A stretch of 64,000 bases of DNA from Candidatus Bathyarchaeota archaeon (GTDB lineage Archaea > Thermoproteota > Bathyarchaeia > TCS64), in the NCBI GenBank assembly GCA_043826455.1, contig JBDRQD010000015.1, positions 224,001-288,000 on the forward strand. Reading direction: 5' to 3'. Under the pieces are notes generated by a model that worked only from the letters and a program-made list of their open reading frames with translations, did no database searches and was not told where the DNA came from. Position numbers and translations under genes: made by a program. Below, piece by piece: positions 19,947 through 29,189 of this stretch (position 1 is the stretch's first letter; every line of letters starts with the position of its first letter).

Positions 19947-22508
19947 TTGACGAAGAAAATTACTTCACCTGAAGAGTTCTTCGGCCATCAACTGGGGGCT
20001 GACGGGAAGATCGTCCGGTGGGACAAGATAGTCGAGTACTTCACGAGGCTCCAGAAGGAGTCCAAGCGGATCAAGATCATGGACATGGGGCCCTCAACCG
20101 AGGGCCACCCCTTCCTCATGGTGCTCATCACCAGCGAGGCTAACATGAAGGACCTGGACAAGCTCCAGGACATCAACATCACCCTCACCAACCCTGGTGA
20201 GCTAACAGAGGAAGATGCCAGGCCCCTGGTGGAGGCCGGCAAGGCCGTGGTCATCCAGAGCATGAGCCTCCACGCCACGGAGATCGGGGGCACCCAGATG
20301 GCCCCCGAGTTGGCCTACGAGCTCATCACCGGAGAGGACGAGGAGACCCGCCGCATCAGGGACAACGTGATCAGTGTCATGGTGCCGTGCTTCAACCCCG
20401 ACGGCCAGGTCATGGTCACCGACTGGTACAACAAATACCTGGGCACAGAGTACGAGGGGACGAGCCCGCCCTACCTGTACCACAAGTACACGGGCCACGA
20501 TAACAACAGGGACGCCTTCGCCACCAACATCGTGGAGTCTCAGTACATGGCCCGGCTCATGTTCCACGACTGGCCACCTCAGGCTTACCAGGACCACCAC
20601 CACATGGGCAGCTACGGCGCCCGCCTCTACGTCGCACCATATTCTGATCCAATCCACCCCCACGGCGACCCCCTGGTCTGGCGTGAGCTGGCGTGGTATG
20701 GGGCCCACATGGCCTACAAGCTGGAGCAGGCGGGTAAGAGCGGCATCGTAAACGCAGCCATATTCAGCGGCTGGGCCCACCTGGGCTTCCACTGGATAGG
20801 CATCTACCACAACATACCAAGCATGCTCACCGAGTCGGCGTCAGCCAAGCTGGCCACACCCCTCTTCATCCACCCGGAGCAGCTGAAGGAGGAGACCAAG
20901 GCGGGCACCCTTGTGGGCACCAGGATGATGCCCCACTACAAACCCACCACCAACTTCCCCAACCCTTGGCCCGGCGGCTGGTGGAGGCTCCGCGACATAG
21001 TGGAGCAGCAGAAAATAAGCGCCTGGGCCCTCCTGGACCACATGGCCCGCAACAAGGAGACAGTGCTATGGAACGCGTACCAGAAGGCCGTGAGGCAGAC
21101 CCAGCGGGGCGCCGAGGACCTGGTCACCGCCTACGTGATCCCGGCCTCCCAGCACGACACCCGCACCATGGAGCTCATGGTGGAGAAGCTCATGGCCCAG
21201 AACCTGGAGATGTACAGGGCCAAGAACCCCTTCACAGGGGATGGAGCCGTCTACGAGGAGGGCAGCTACGTGATCCCCCTGGCCCAGCCCAAGATGGGGC
21301 TGGTGAAGACGCTGCTGAGCCGCACAAGGTTCCCCGACGACAGCTTCACCCGGATGCCCGACGGCAGCCCCCACCGCCCCTACGACACGGCCACAGACAC
21401 CATGGCCGAGTTCATGGGCGTGGACGTCTACCCGGTGGGCTACATAACGGATGTGGAGTTGGAGCTCCTCCAGGACTACAAGCAACCGGTGGGCGCTGTG
21501 GACGAGTCCAGCAAGGTGGGGTACCTCCTGGACACCCGGGAGAACCACGCCTTCAAGGCCATCAACATGCTCCTGGCTGAGGGAGTCCCTGTGAAACGGG
21601 TCACGGAGCCCCTAATGGCAGGGGACTTCGAGCTGCCCTCGGGCTGCTTCATAGTGGAGCCAGGCCACGAGGAGAAGCTCACTCGCGCTGCCGAGGCGAA
21701 CGGTGTCAGCTTCCACGCATTGGCCGAGCTACGGGCCGAGACCAGGCCCGTGAAGCCCCAGCGGGTGGGCATGTACCAGCGTTACTGGGGTGGCAACATG
21801 GACGAGGGCTGGACCCGCCTCTGCCTGGAACAGTACCGCTTCAACTACGCGATCCTCATGGACGAGGAAATCAAGAAGGGGGGCCTCAGGGACGGCTACG
21901 ACGTCATCATCCTGCCCAGCGACCCCCCCGCCATTATCACGGGCGGCGACGAGCTGAAGAAGTGGTGGAAGGAGAACCGGCAGGGCTGGGAGCTACCCGA
22001 GTACCCCCCAGAGTACAGGAGCGGCCTGGGCGACGAGGGCAAGAAGGCGTTGAAGGAGTTCGTGGAGAAGGGTGGGACCCTGGTGTGCCTCGGAGACTCC
22101 AGCATGTACGCCGTGGAGGCCCTGGAGCTGAAGGTGGCCAACGTCCTGGAGAAGGTGCCCAGCAGGGATTTCCACTGCCCCGGCAGCACCATCCACATAG
22201 ACGTTGACACTGAGCATCCGGTGGCCTACGGGATGCCGGAGGAGGCCCTGGCCCTGTTCTGGAACAGCCCTGCCTTCAAGATAATCCCCAGCCCGGATAA
22301 CCACAAGTACAGCGTCATAGCCAGCTACCCGGAGTCCGACCTCCTGGAGTCGGGGTGGCTCGTGGGCGAGGAGAGGCTAGCCAACAAGATCGCCGCGCTG
22401 CAGGCCGAGTCAGGGCTGGGCAGGGCGATCCTCATCGGTTTCAGGTGCCAGCACAGGTGCCAGACCGGCGGCACCTTCAAGCTCCTCTTCAACAGCCTCC
22501 TGGACTGA
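19947..22508 (+). CDS. M14 zinc carboxypeptidase family protein with C-terminal glutamine-amidotransferase-like domain
   Basis: HxxE (LHATE), NPDG, GHDNNRD, DHHHMG, MDEGWTR. No obvious signal peptide. Confidence 0.88.
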   Translation: MTKKITSPEEFFGHQLGADGKIVRWDKIVEYFTRLQKESKRIKIMDMGPSTEGHPFLMVLITSEANMKDLDKLQDINITLTNPGELTEEDARPLVEAGKAVVIQSMSLHATEIGGTQMAPELAYELITGEDEETRRIRDNVISVMVPCFNPDGQVMVTDWYNKYLGTEYEGTSPPYLYHKYTGHDNNRDAFATNIVESQYMARLMFHDWPPQAYQDHHHMGSYGARLYVAPYSDPIHPHGDPLVWRELAWYGAHMAYKLEQAGKSGIVNAAIFSGWAHLGFHWIGIYHNIPSMLTESASAKLATPLFIHPEQLKEETKAGTLVGTRMMPHYKPTTNFPNPWPGGWWRLRDIVEQQKISAWALLDHMARNKETVLWNAYQKAVRQTQRGAEDLVTAYVIPASQHDTRTMELMVEKLMAQNLEMYRAKNPFTGDGAVYEEGSYVIPLAQPKMGLVKTLLSRTRFPDDSFTRMPDGSPHRPYDTATDTMAEFMGVDVYPVGYITDVELELLQDYKQPVGAVDESSKVGYLLDTRENHAFKAINMLLAEGVPVKRVTEPLMAGDFELPSGCFIVEPGHEEKLTRAAEANGVSFHALAELRAETRPVKPQRVGMYQRYWGGNMDEGWTRLCLEQYRFNYAILMDEEIKKGGLRDGYDVIILPSDPPAIITGGDELKKWWKENRQGWELPEYPPEYRSGLGDEGKKALKEFVEKGGTLVCLGDSSMYAVEALELKVANVLEKVPSRDFHCPGSTIHIDVDTEHPVAYGMPEEALALFWNSPAFKIIPSPDNHKYSVIASYPESDLLESGWLVGEERLANKIAALQAESGLGRAILIGFRCQHRCQTGGTFKLLFNSLLD

Positions 22509-23699
22509 AACATCTCTCATTATTTTTCTCTCCAAAACGGAGCTCCAGACGCTGGACAGCGCCACGGTCAGGATAATGATGATGAGGATCAGGTCCGGCA
22601 TCATGTAGGCGTACTGGACCCCTGACGAAATAGCCAGCTGAGCCATTACTGCAGCCGCTATCCCCCTGGGCATCATGGCCACCAAAACGTTTCTCTGCCC
22701 CTTCAGTTCCGCGTCACCGATGCTTGTGAGGACCACTGAGATGAATCTGCCAGCTATCAGAAGCACCGTGATCAACGCACCGTATATGATGATGCTGTAG
22801 TTCTCTATGAACAGAATGAGGCCCAGGTACACGAAGAAGTAGGTTCGGATGAAGAAGCTCATCTGGCTCATGAACTTCCTCATCATGCTGCCGACCTCCA
22901 CGCTTTCCTGCATCCGCAGCATCCCACCTATCTCCACGCTGTTACCTAGAACCAGCCCGAAGACCAGGGAGAAGATGGCGCCGTTCCCGCCCACGATCTC
23001 AGTCAAACCGTAGAAGAGTATGGCCACGCTCAAGGTCAGTATGTCGTCGTAGACGTTGTCCCTCAGCTTGCCCAGTATCTTGAGCCACAGGACCCCCAGC
23101 ACCAGCCCGAAGACGACTCCTATGGAGAGGGTGCTGGTGATGCTCTGGGCCATCTCGTTCAGGTTCATGACCCTGGTGTTGCTGAGGATGTCTAGGAACA
23201 TGACACTCACCACGATGACGAGGGCGTCCGTGAACACAGACTCGAGGCTCAGCAGCGTCACGATCCTGTCAGACACGTTCAGCTTCCTCACCAGGCTGAT
23301 GACTATGCTTGAGCTCGTGCCCCCGATCATGGCCCCAAGCATGAGCCCGTAGATGAGGTCCCACCCCAGGAAGGTCCCCGTGAACAGAGCCGTCAGTACC
23401 ATGCTGACTACCACGTTGAGGGCCCCGAGAACCATGGCCTTGGGGCTCTCCCCGAGAACCTTGAAGAGGTTCAGGTTCATGCCACCGTCGAGGAGTATTA
23501 TAAGCAGCGCGAGGCTGCTGAAGATGGGGGCTATCCCAGCGAAGCTGGACGGCTCCACCAGGTGAAAAACTGGGCCAAGGAGAAGCCCGAAGAAGATGAG
23601 GATGAGGTTGTCCGGGATGCCTTTCCGTTTGAAAAGGTAGTTACCGATAAAGCCCAGGCTGATTATGACGCCTGTGAGAATGAAGACGAAGTAGCTCAA
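22410..23699 (-). CDS. Cation:proton antiporter (CPA1/NhaP-like)
   Basis: About 12 TM helices. GTSS, LESVFTD, MMPRGIAAAV. Confidence 0.88.
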   Translation of the reverse strand: MSYFVFILTGVIISLGFIGNYLFKRKGIPDNLILIFFGLLLGPVFHLVEPSSFAGIAPIFSSLALLIILLDGGMNLNLFKVLGESPKAMVLGALNVVVSMVLTALFTGTFLGWDLIYGLMLGAMIGGTSSSIVISLVRKLNVSDRIVTLLSLESVFTDALVIVVSVMFLDILSNTRVMNLNEMAQSITSTLSIGVVFGLVLGVLWLKILGKLRDNVYDDILTLSVAILFYGLTEIVGGNGAIFSLVFGLVLGNSVEIGGMLRMQESVEVGSMMRKFMSQMSFFIRTYFFVYLGLILFIENYSIIIYGALITVLLIAGRFISVVLTSIGDAELKGQRNVLVAMMPRGIAAAVMAQLAISSGVQYAYMMPDLILIIIILTVALSSVWSSVLERKIMRDVSVQEAVEEELEGAAGLAPVLAPETDEDRPAQP

Positions 23700-23778
23700 A
23701 TGGCTCCCCCCTTCAAGTTCTCATGTGTCCCCCTTAAATGGCTTCAAGTTTCAAAAAATGTGTTGCGGTTAGGGAGTT

Positions 23779-23991
23779 TTACTCTGTTGCGTCCTGCTCC
23801 CGTTGAGCTTTCTGCTTCTTTACTCCCTTCAGCTTGTCGAGTTCGCCGGTGATCTCTCGCCGAATGGCCACGATCTCCTGGCTCAGCTTCACAACTTTAC
23901 CCGGGGTGGCCTTCTCCTTCGCTAGCATGGCCTCCTCCACCAGCTTCTCGCTAAGCTTCCGGTGCAGTTCATGAATTTTCTCAGCGCTCAT
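23779..23991 (-). CDS. Small helical hypothetical protein
   Basis: 70 aa, charged and coiled-coil-like. GAGGT RBS overlaps the upstream stop. Confidence 0.55.
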   Translation of the reverse strand: MSAEKIHELHRKLSEKLVEEAMLAKEKATPGKVVKLSQEIVAIRREITGELDKLKGVKKQKAQREQDATE

Positions 23992-23995
23992 AGTT

Positions 23996-24187
23996 TTACC
24001 TCGTGACATGTGTCTTGCTGGGCTTCGCCTCATCCATGGGGGGATTCTCCTCTTCGCCCGAGGTCAGGCAGTCTATGCACAGCTTGTCGGTGAAGCTGCC
24101 GCAGTACCTGCAGAACCTTTTACCGCAGACCTTGCAGGTGTAGAGCTTCCCGGTGCTCTGCCCACAGACCTCGCACTCCTCCAGCAT
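23996..24187 (-). CDS. Small 8-Cys zinc-finger protein
   Basis: Four CxxC pairs in 63 aa. GGTGAT RBS before the ATG at 24187. Confidence 0.65.
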   Translation of the reverse strand: MLEECEVCGQSTGKLYTCKVCGKRFCRYCGSFTDKLCIDCLTSGEEENPPMDEAKPSKTHVTR

Positions 24188-24425
24188 GAAAACATCACCA
24201 TGGCGGGTTATTCCAGCATACATCGCAGCATGGACCCCTGACCATAACCTTATCATTACGTCAGGGACTCAAAAAATGAGAAATTTATCTCATTTATTTA
24301 AATAAACAGTGCAACCTTTTTTTATTTAGTGCATTAGAAAAAATACACTAAAATTATTAACGTTCATTTAAAAACGCTGACTATCTTCTTCAATATTTAA
24401 TTTAAGCGTGAAAAAACGTGTGGGC

Positions 24426-25001
24426 TCACGTGACCCTGAACCTGCAGATAGTTGAGCCAGTCACAGCCGACTCCAGAAGCTCCACTTTCACGTGCCGCCC
24501 CAGCACCTGCTCCCAGTACCTCTCCACGAAGCCCATGCTGCAGTTGCAGTAGGTGACGGACATGATCTCGCCTGGGGGCAGCCCCTGTACGAGGCCGCAG
24601 TAGCACCGCACACCGTACGCGTCGGGGGTGTAACCGAAGATGATGGTGTTCCCGTCCCTCTCAACCAGCATTCCTCTAGGCGGGCTCCTAGCCTCAGCAT
24701 TCAGGAAATCCTCCAGCTTCTCGTATCCGGAGCGGCGTTTGAGGGCGCTGGCCACGGGCCCCGTGTGGCTGTGGTCCGCGCAGTTGCGTCCGCAGCTGCT
24801 CATGATCCTCATGCGGGTCTCCAGGTCGAGCAGCCCGTCCATCCTCTCCATGGCGGCCTTCACCCATTGGGCCACATCCTCCTTCGGGCTGGAGTCCCTC
24901 AGGCTGTGTGAGTCCTTCATTATGGCCTCGGATGCCTCTTCTCCCGCCTCCCTCGCGATGGTTGACTTCAGCTCCCTCAGCGGGCCCCTGATGTTCGGCA
25001 T
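24426..25001 (-). CDS. Cys-rich DUF6144-like protein
   Basis: CGRNC, CYC, YCNCSMGF..WE.VLG..VKVE..ES...G...C. Paralog of 11784-12503. Confidence 0.68.
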   Translation of the reverse strand: MPNIRGPLRELKSTIAREAGEEASEAIMKDSHSLRDSSPKEDVAQWVKAAMERMDGLLDLETRMRIMSSCGRNCADHSHTGPVASALKRRSGYEKLEDFLNAEARSPPRGMLVERDGNTIIFGYTPDAYGVRCYCGLVQGLPPGEIMSVTYCNCSMGFVERYWEQVLGRHVKVELLESAVTGSTICRFRVT

Positions 25002-25025
25002 GTTCTCACCTTGTAGTGGGTAAGC

Positions 25026-25913
25026 CTACTTACCCTGGAAGTATTGGTAGACGTTGAGGCTGACCTGGGCGATGGCTTCCTCCGCGGCGTACACGTCCTC
25101 GGCCCCCATGGTGAAGCAGCTCAACGCGTAGCGTTCCCCGGTCTCCTTGATGGTGACTACCCCAACGTCGTTCCTCACCCCTGGAAGGCTCCCCGTCTTC
25201 CTCTCAAGCCTGACCCTCTTAGTGGGCAGGTACTTGGGCATCCTGGCGGGCCCCGTCTGGCACTTGGCCATGATCCCCAGTATCTGGTCGCAGCTCTCCC
25301 TGCCCGCCGCCTCACCTCCGGCTATCAGCTCCAGCAGTCTGGTCATCTCGTCCGGCGTGGTCACGTCGTTGTCCTCGACCCTCAGGCTCCACGTGGGCCC
25401 TCCCTGTTCGGCTTCCTGGGCCTCCTCGAAGCGGCTCAGCGTCATCTCCCCTGCAGGTAGGCCGCTGAGACCCACTAGGTCGAAGAGGATCTCCCTGCAG
25501 TACCTGGTGATGCTGGTCCTGGTTAGGCCCAGCTCCCTGAGGGCCCTGTTCACATTGCTGAAGCCGACCCTTGCAGCCACCAGGTCCGTGGCCGTGTTAT
25601 CGCTCACGATCATCATGAGGCTGAGGAGGTCCCTCATGCTCACCTCCAGGCCCTCCGACAGCTCCTTGAGGATGCCTGAGCCCGGGACCTTGTCGGCCTC
25701 CCTCAGCGTGATCTTATCGTCTAGGCTCAGCAGTCCTCTCTCGTCCTGCCTGTAGAACTCCACTATGACGGGGACCTTGAAGACGCTGGCCGTGGGGAAA
25801 AGTCTGTCACCGTTCAAGCTAGCGGACTCCCCGGTGTCTATGTGTCTCACAGATACTCCTAGAGCTCCCTTGAGGCCCTCGGCGGGTCTGGATACAGCTT
25901 CTTGAAGACTCAT
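25026..25913 (-). CDS. Class A beta-lactamase-fold serine hydrolase
   Basis: SxxK (SVFK), SDN and KTG motifs. Confidence 0.85.
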   Translation of the reverse strand: MSLQEAVSRPAEGLKGALGVSVRHIDTGESASLNGDRLFPTASVFKVPVIVEFYRQDERGLLSLDDKITLREADKVPGSGILKELSEGLEVSMRDLLSLMMIVSDNTATDLVAARVGFSNVNRALRELGLTRTSITRYCREILFDLVGLSGLPAGEMTLSRFEEAQEAEQGGPTWSLRVEDNDVTTPDEMTRLLELIAGGEAAGRESCDQILGIMAKCQTGPARMPKYLPTKRVRLERKTGSLPGVRNDVGVVTIKETGERYALSCFTMGAEDVYAAEEAIAQVSLNVYQYFQGK

Positions 25914-26001
25914 GGATGAACAAGAGCGTTAAAGCCCTAAAACTCTAACGACTGCCCTCGGGGTAGTTTCATATCGTCGGGCCTCCTAGTATTTGTGGTC
26001 A

Positions 26002-26262
26002 ATGATGTCTGAGGAGCCCGTGTACGTCGCCGAGGTCGTGAGCGTCAAGGGGAAGTGCAGCGCCGGCCACAAGACGGGGGACCGGTTCGAGATCAACACC
26101 CACAAGACAGGGGGCATCTGTGGCTACTGCTACCATGATCTGTTTCCCACCATGATGAACATGTGCTACGGGGGACAGATACCTTGGATGAGCAACCAGG
26201 AGTTCAAGTACGAGTGCCCCGACAGCTGGAACCTGGTCACCTTCAAGGTGACGAAGAAGTAA
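26002..26262 (+). CDS. TIGR04076-like small Cys-rich protein
   Basis: GKCSAGHK.GD.F, ICGYC, CPD motifs. Confidence 0.75.
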   Translation: MMSEEPVYVAEVVSVKGKCSAGHKTGDRFEINTHKTGGICGYCYHDLFPTMMNMCYGGQIPWMSNQEFKYECPDSWNLVTFKVTKK

Positions 26263-26370
26263 CCTCTTTTTCTTATCTCAACCTATTTTTATAATCATAT
26301 TACGGCTGTTAGCGGTTTTTAACATCACAATAAGGTTTATTAGCTCTGCGATGCTCCCTGCAGGGATTCC

Positions 26371-27705
26371 TTGAGTGCGAACAATTTGGGGGAGCAACAG
26401 AACCGTAGCATGTTCTGGTTCATTCAGGGTAACGTCAAGGTCCTCATGTTCTGCAGGATCATATGGAGCTTCAGCACCAGCATCATCTACCCCTTTTTCA
26501 GCCTCTACATACTGGCATTAGGCGGCTCAAGCACAGAGATCGGGCTAATCAACAGCCTCGGCCTCATCGCTGGAATGATCTTGTACCCAGTGGGTGGGTA
26601 CATAGCGGACAGGGCCGGACGCGTCAAGCTCATCGGGTACAGCACCTTCCTCTACGCCTTCGCCCACCTCTTCTTCGTCATCGCTAACAACTGGCAGATG
26701 CTAGCCATTGGCCAGTTCTTCAGCCAGCTCCTCCTCTTCTACATGCCCGCCATGAACGCCCTGGAGTCTGATAGCTTGCCCCCGGGTGTGAGAGGCAAGG
26801 GCTTCGCCATCATAATGGCTGTGCCCGGCGCGGTGAGGATCATAGCCCCTGTTGTGGGTGGCTTCATCATCGAGTGGTTTAAGGCCACTAGCAGTCTCAG
26901 CGACGACGCTGCCCTCGTCCAAGCAGTCAGGCTGTGCTGGGCCGTCGCCTTCGTCACAGGCCTCGTGGTCGCCTGGATAAGGCTCAGGTACCTGAAGGAG
27001 ACCATCACAGAGGAGGATGGGGGCCGGAGGTTCAGCTTCAGGGAGATTCCGGGTATGATCGTCCCGGCCTACAGGAGCATCATGGACAGCGTCAGGTGGA
27101 TGAACAGGAGCCTCCGCGTCATAGTGATCCTGGAGATGTTCGCCAGCTTCTTCATAGCCATGAGCGCCCCCTTCTACGTGGTCTACGCCAAGCAGATCAT
27201 CGGCCTGGTGGAGAGCCAGTGGGGCCTGGTCATGTTCGTCAGCGGCCTCGTGGGCATCGTCCTGGCCTTCCCCCTGGGCAGCGCCACAGACAAGTATGGT
27301 GCTAGGAAGATGATTATGCTCGGTATGTTCCTATTGCCCGCCATGATCTTCAGCTTCCAGTACGCAGGCGGCTTCCTGGGAGTAGCAGCCATCCTGGTCG
27401 GCATACAGATATGCAACAACATGATGATCCCAGCCTTCAGCACCATCATCGCCAACATCATACCCAGAAGCCGCAGAGGCCGCCTCTACAGCCTCATCGG
27501 CGAGAGGGGGATATCCATCAACTTCGGCAACTTCTGGGGCGGCGGCTTCCTCCTATTCCCCCCCGCGGCTCTAGGAGCCTACATCGGCGGCTGGGTCTAC
27601 AAGATGGACCCCAACATGCCATGGATAATCACTGGCGCCGCCATCCTCATATGCGCCATCCTGGTCTATTTCTTCGTCCAGGAGCCCGATGAGGCTCAGC
27701 AGTAA
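26371..27705 (+). CDS. MFS transporter (tandem copy 1)
   Basis: GGYIADRAGRVK motif A, about 12 TM helices. Confidence 0.9.
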   Translation: MSANNLGEQQNRSMFWFIQGNVKVLMFCRIIWSFSTSIIYPFFSLYILALGGSSTEIGLINSLGLIAGMILYPVGGYIADRAGRVKLIGYSTFLYAFAHLFFVIANNWQMLAIGQFFSQLLLFYMPAMNALESDSLPPGVRGKGFAIIMAVPGAVRIIAPVVGGFIIEWFKATSSLSDDAALVQAVRLCWAVAFVTGLVVAWIRLRYLKETITEEDGGRRFSFREIPGMIVPAYRSIMDSVRWMNRSLRVIVILEMFASFFIAMSAPFYVVYAKQIIGLVESQWGLVMFVSGLVGIVLAFPLGSATDKYGARKMIMLGMFLLPAMIFSFQYAGGFLGVAAILVGIQICNNMMIPAFSTIIANIIPRSRRGRLYSLIGERGISINFGNFWGGGFLLFPPAALGAYIGGWVYKMDPNMPWIITGAAILICAILVYFFVQEPDEAQQ

Positions 27706-27792
27706 GCCCGCGTGAAGCGGCTTAACGTTTTCTTGGGGTAACATATATTACGGTCCATCCAACATTTTGCATGTTTTTAGGAGAAGCGGTTC

Positions 27793-29115
27793 ATGGAGGC
27801 ACAGGAGCAGGGAAAACAGGGGATGTTCTGGTTCATCCGAGGCAACATAAGGACGCTCATGATCTGCAGGGTGCTCTGGAGCCTGAGCACCAGCATAGTG
27901 TACCCCTACTTCAGCCTCTACATCCTCGCCTTAGGGGGAACCGAGGTGGAGGTGGGCCTGATAAGCAGCATCGGGATCATCGCCGGCATGTTCCTGTACC
28001 CTGTCGGTGGGTTCCTGGCCGACAAGGCGGGTCGCGTCAAGCTCATAGGATACTCCACTGTCCTCTACGCCCTGGCCCACATACCCTTCGTCATCGCCAA
28101 CGACTGGCAGGCCCTCGCCCTGGGGCAGTTCATGGCCCAGCTTCTCCTATTCTACACCCCCGCCATGAACGCCCTCAGCAGCGACAGCCTGCCCCCCGGC
28201 GTCAGGGGAAGGGGCTTCGCTATCATGATGGCAGTCCCCCAGGCCATCAGGATAATCGCTCCCAGCGTGGGTGGCTGGCTCATAGGATACTTCCAGGAGA
28301 CAAGCGGGCTCACTGAGGACGCGGCTCTCGTCCAGGCCGTGCGGCTTGCCTGGGGCATCGCTTTTGTGACGGGGCTGCTGGTGGCCTACCTGAGGCTCCG
28401 CTACCTGACGGAGACCATCGAGGAGGATAAGTCCACAAAATACAGCTGGAGGGACGCCTTCGCCGTCCTCAGGGAGTCCTACGCCAGCATATGGGAGTCG
28501 GTGAAGTGGATGGACCGCAGCCTCAGAACCATAGTGGTCATCGAGATGGTGGCCGCCTTCTTCGTCGCAATGAGCGGCCCCTTCTACGTGATCTTCGCCA
28601 AGACCTTCGCGGGCCTCTCGGCCCCCGATTGGGGCTACGTGAACCTTGTGAGCGGAGTAGTCGCCCTAATCTTCGCGCTGCCCATGGGCCAAGTGGTTGA
28701 CTCGTGGGGGCCCAAGAGGGCCATACTTGTGGGCATGATGGCCGCACCCGCCATAATATTCCTGTTCCAGTACAGCGACGGTTTCTGGGCTGTGGCCGCT
28801 GCCATGACCCTCATCAGCCTCTGCAACAAGATCATGATCCCGGGCTTCAGCACCCTCATCGCCAACATGATCCCCCGGAGCCGCAGAGGCCGCCTATACA
28901 GTCTGCTGGGTGAGCGCGGCGTCCAGATAAGCTGGGGTAACTTCTGGGGCGGCGGCTTCCTCATCTTCCCGCCGGCTGCCCTCGGCGCCTGGGTGGGCGG
29001 CCATGTCTACGCCATAAGCCCAGCTCTTGTCTGGCAGATAACCAGCGTAGCCCTCCTGGCCGCTGCCCTCATGGTGCTGTTCTTTGTCCACGAGCCGGAG
29101 AAGGCCCAGGAGTAG
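27793..29115 (+). CDS. MFS transporter (tandem copy 2)
   Basis: GGFLADKAGRVK. Colinear and highly similar to the upstream MFS. Confidence 0.9.
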   Translation: MEAQEQGKQGMFWFIRGNIRTLMICRVLWSLSTSIVYPYFSLYILALGGTEVEVGLISSIGIIAGMFLYPVGGFLADKAGRVKLIGYSTVLYALAHIPFVIANDWQALALGQFMAQLLLFYTPAMNALSSDSLPPGVRGRGFAIMMAVPQAIRIIAPSVGGWLIGYFQETSGLTEDAALVQAVRLAWGIAFVTGLLVAYLRLRYLTETIEEDKSTKYSWRDAFAVLRESYASIWESVKWMDRSLRTIVVIEMVAAFFVAMSGPFYVIFAKTFAGLSAPDWGYVNLVSGVVALIFALPMGQVVDSWGPKRAILVGMMAAPAIIFLFQYSDGFWAVAAAMTLISLCNKIMIPGFSTLIANMIPRSRRGRLYSLLGERGVQISWGNFWGGGFLIFPPAALGAWVGGHVYAISPALVWQITSVALLAAALMVLFFVHEPEKAQE

Positions 29116-29189
29116 AACCACCGAGAAGGTCTACGCGGAGCCTGGGGGCCGATTTCACCTTTTTAAATGAGTTAAACAGATAGTGAACT

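Noticed and set aside
24257..24425. AT-rich tract as a replication origin
   Set aside because: No ORB repeats with G-strings and no adjacent cdc6/orc1 gene.
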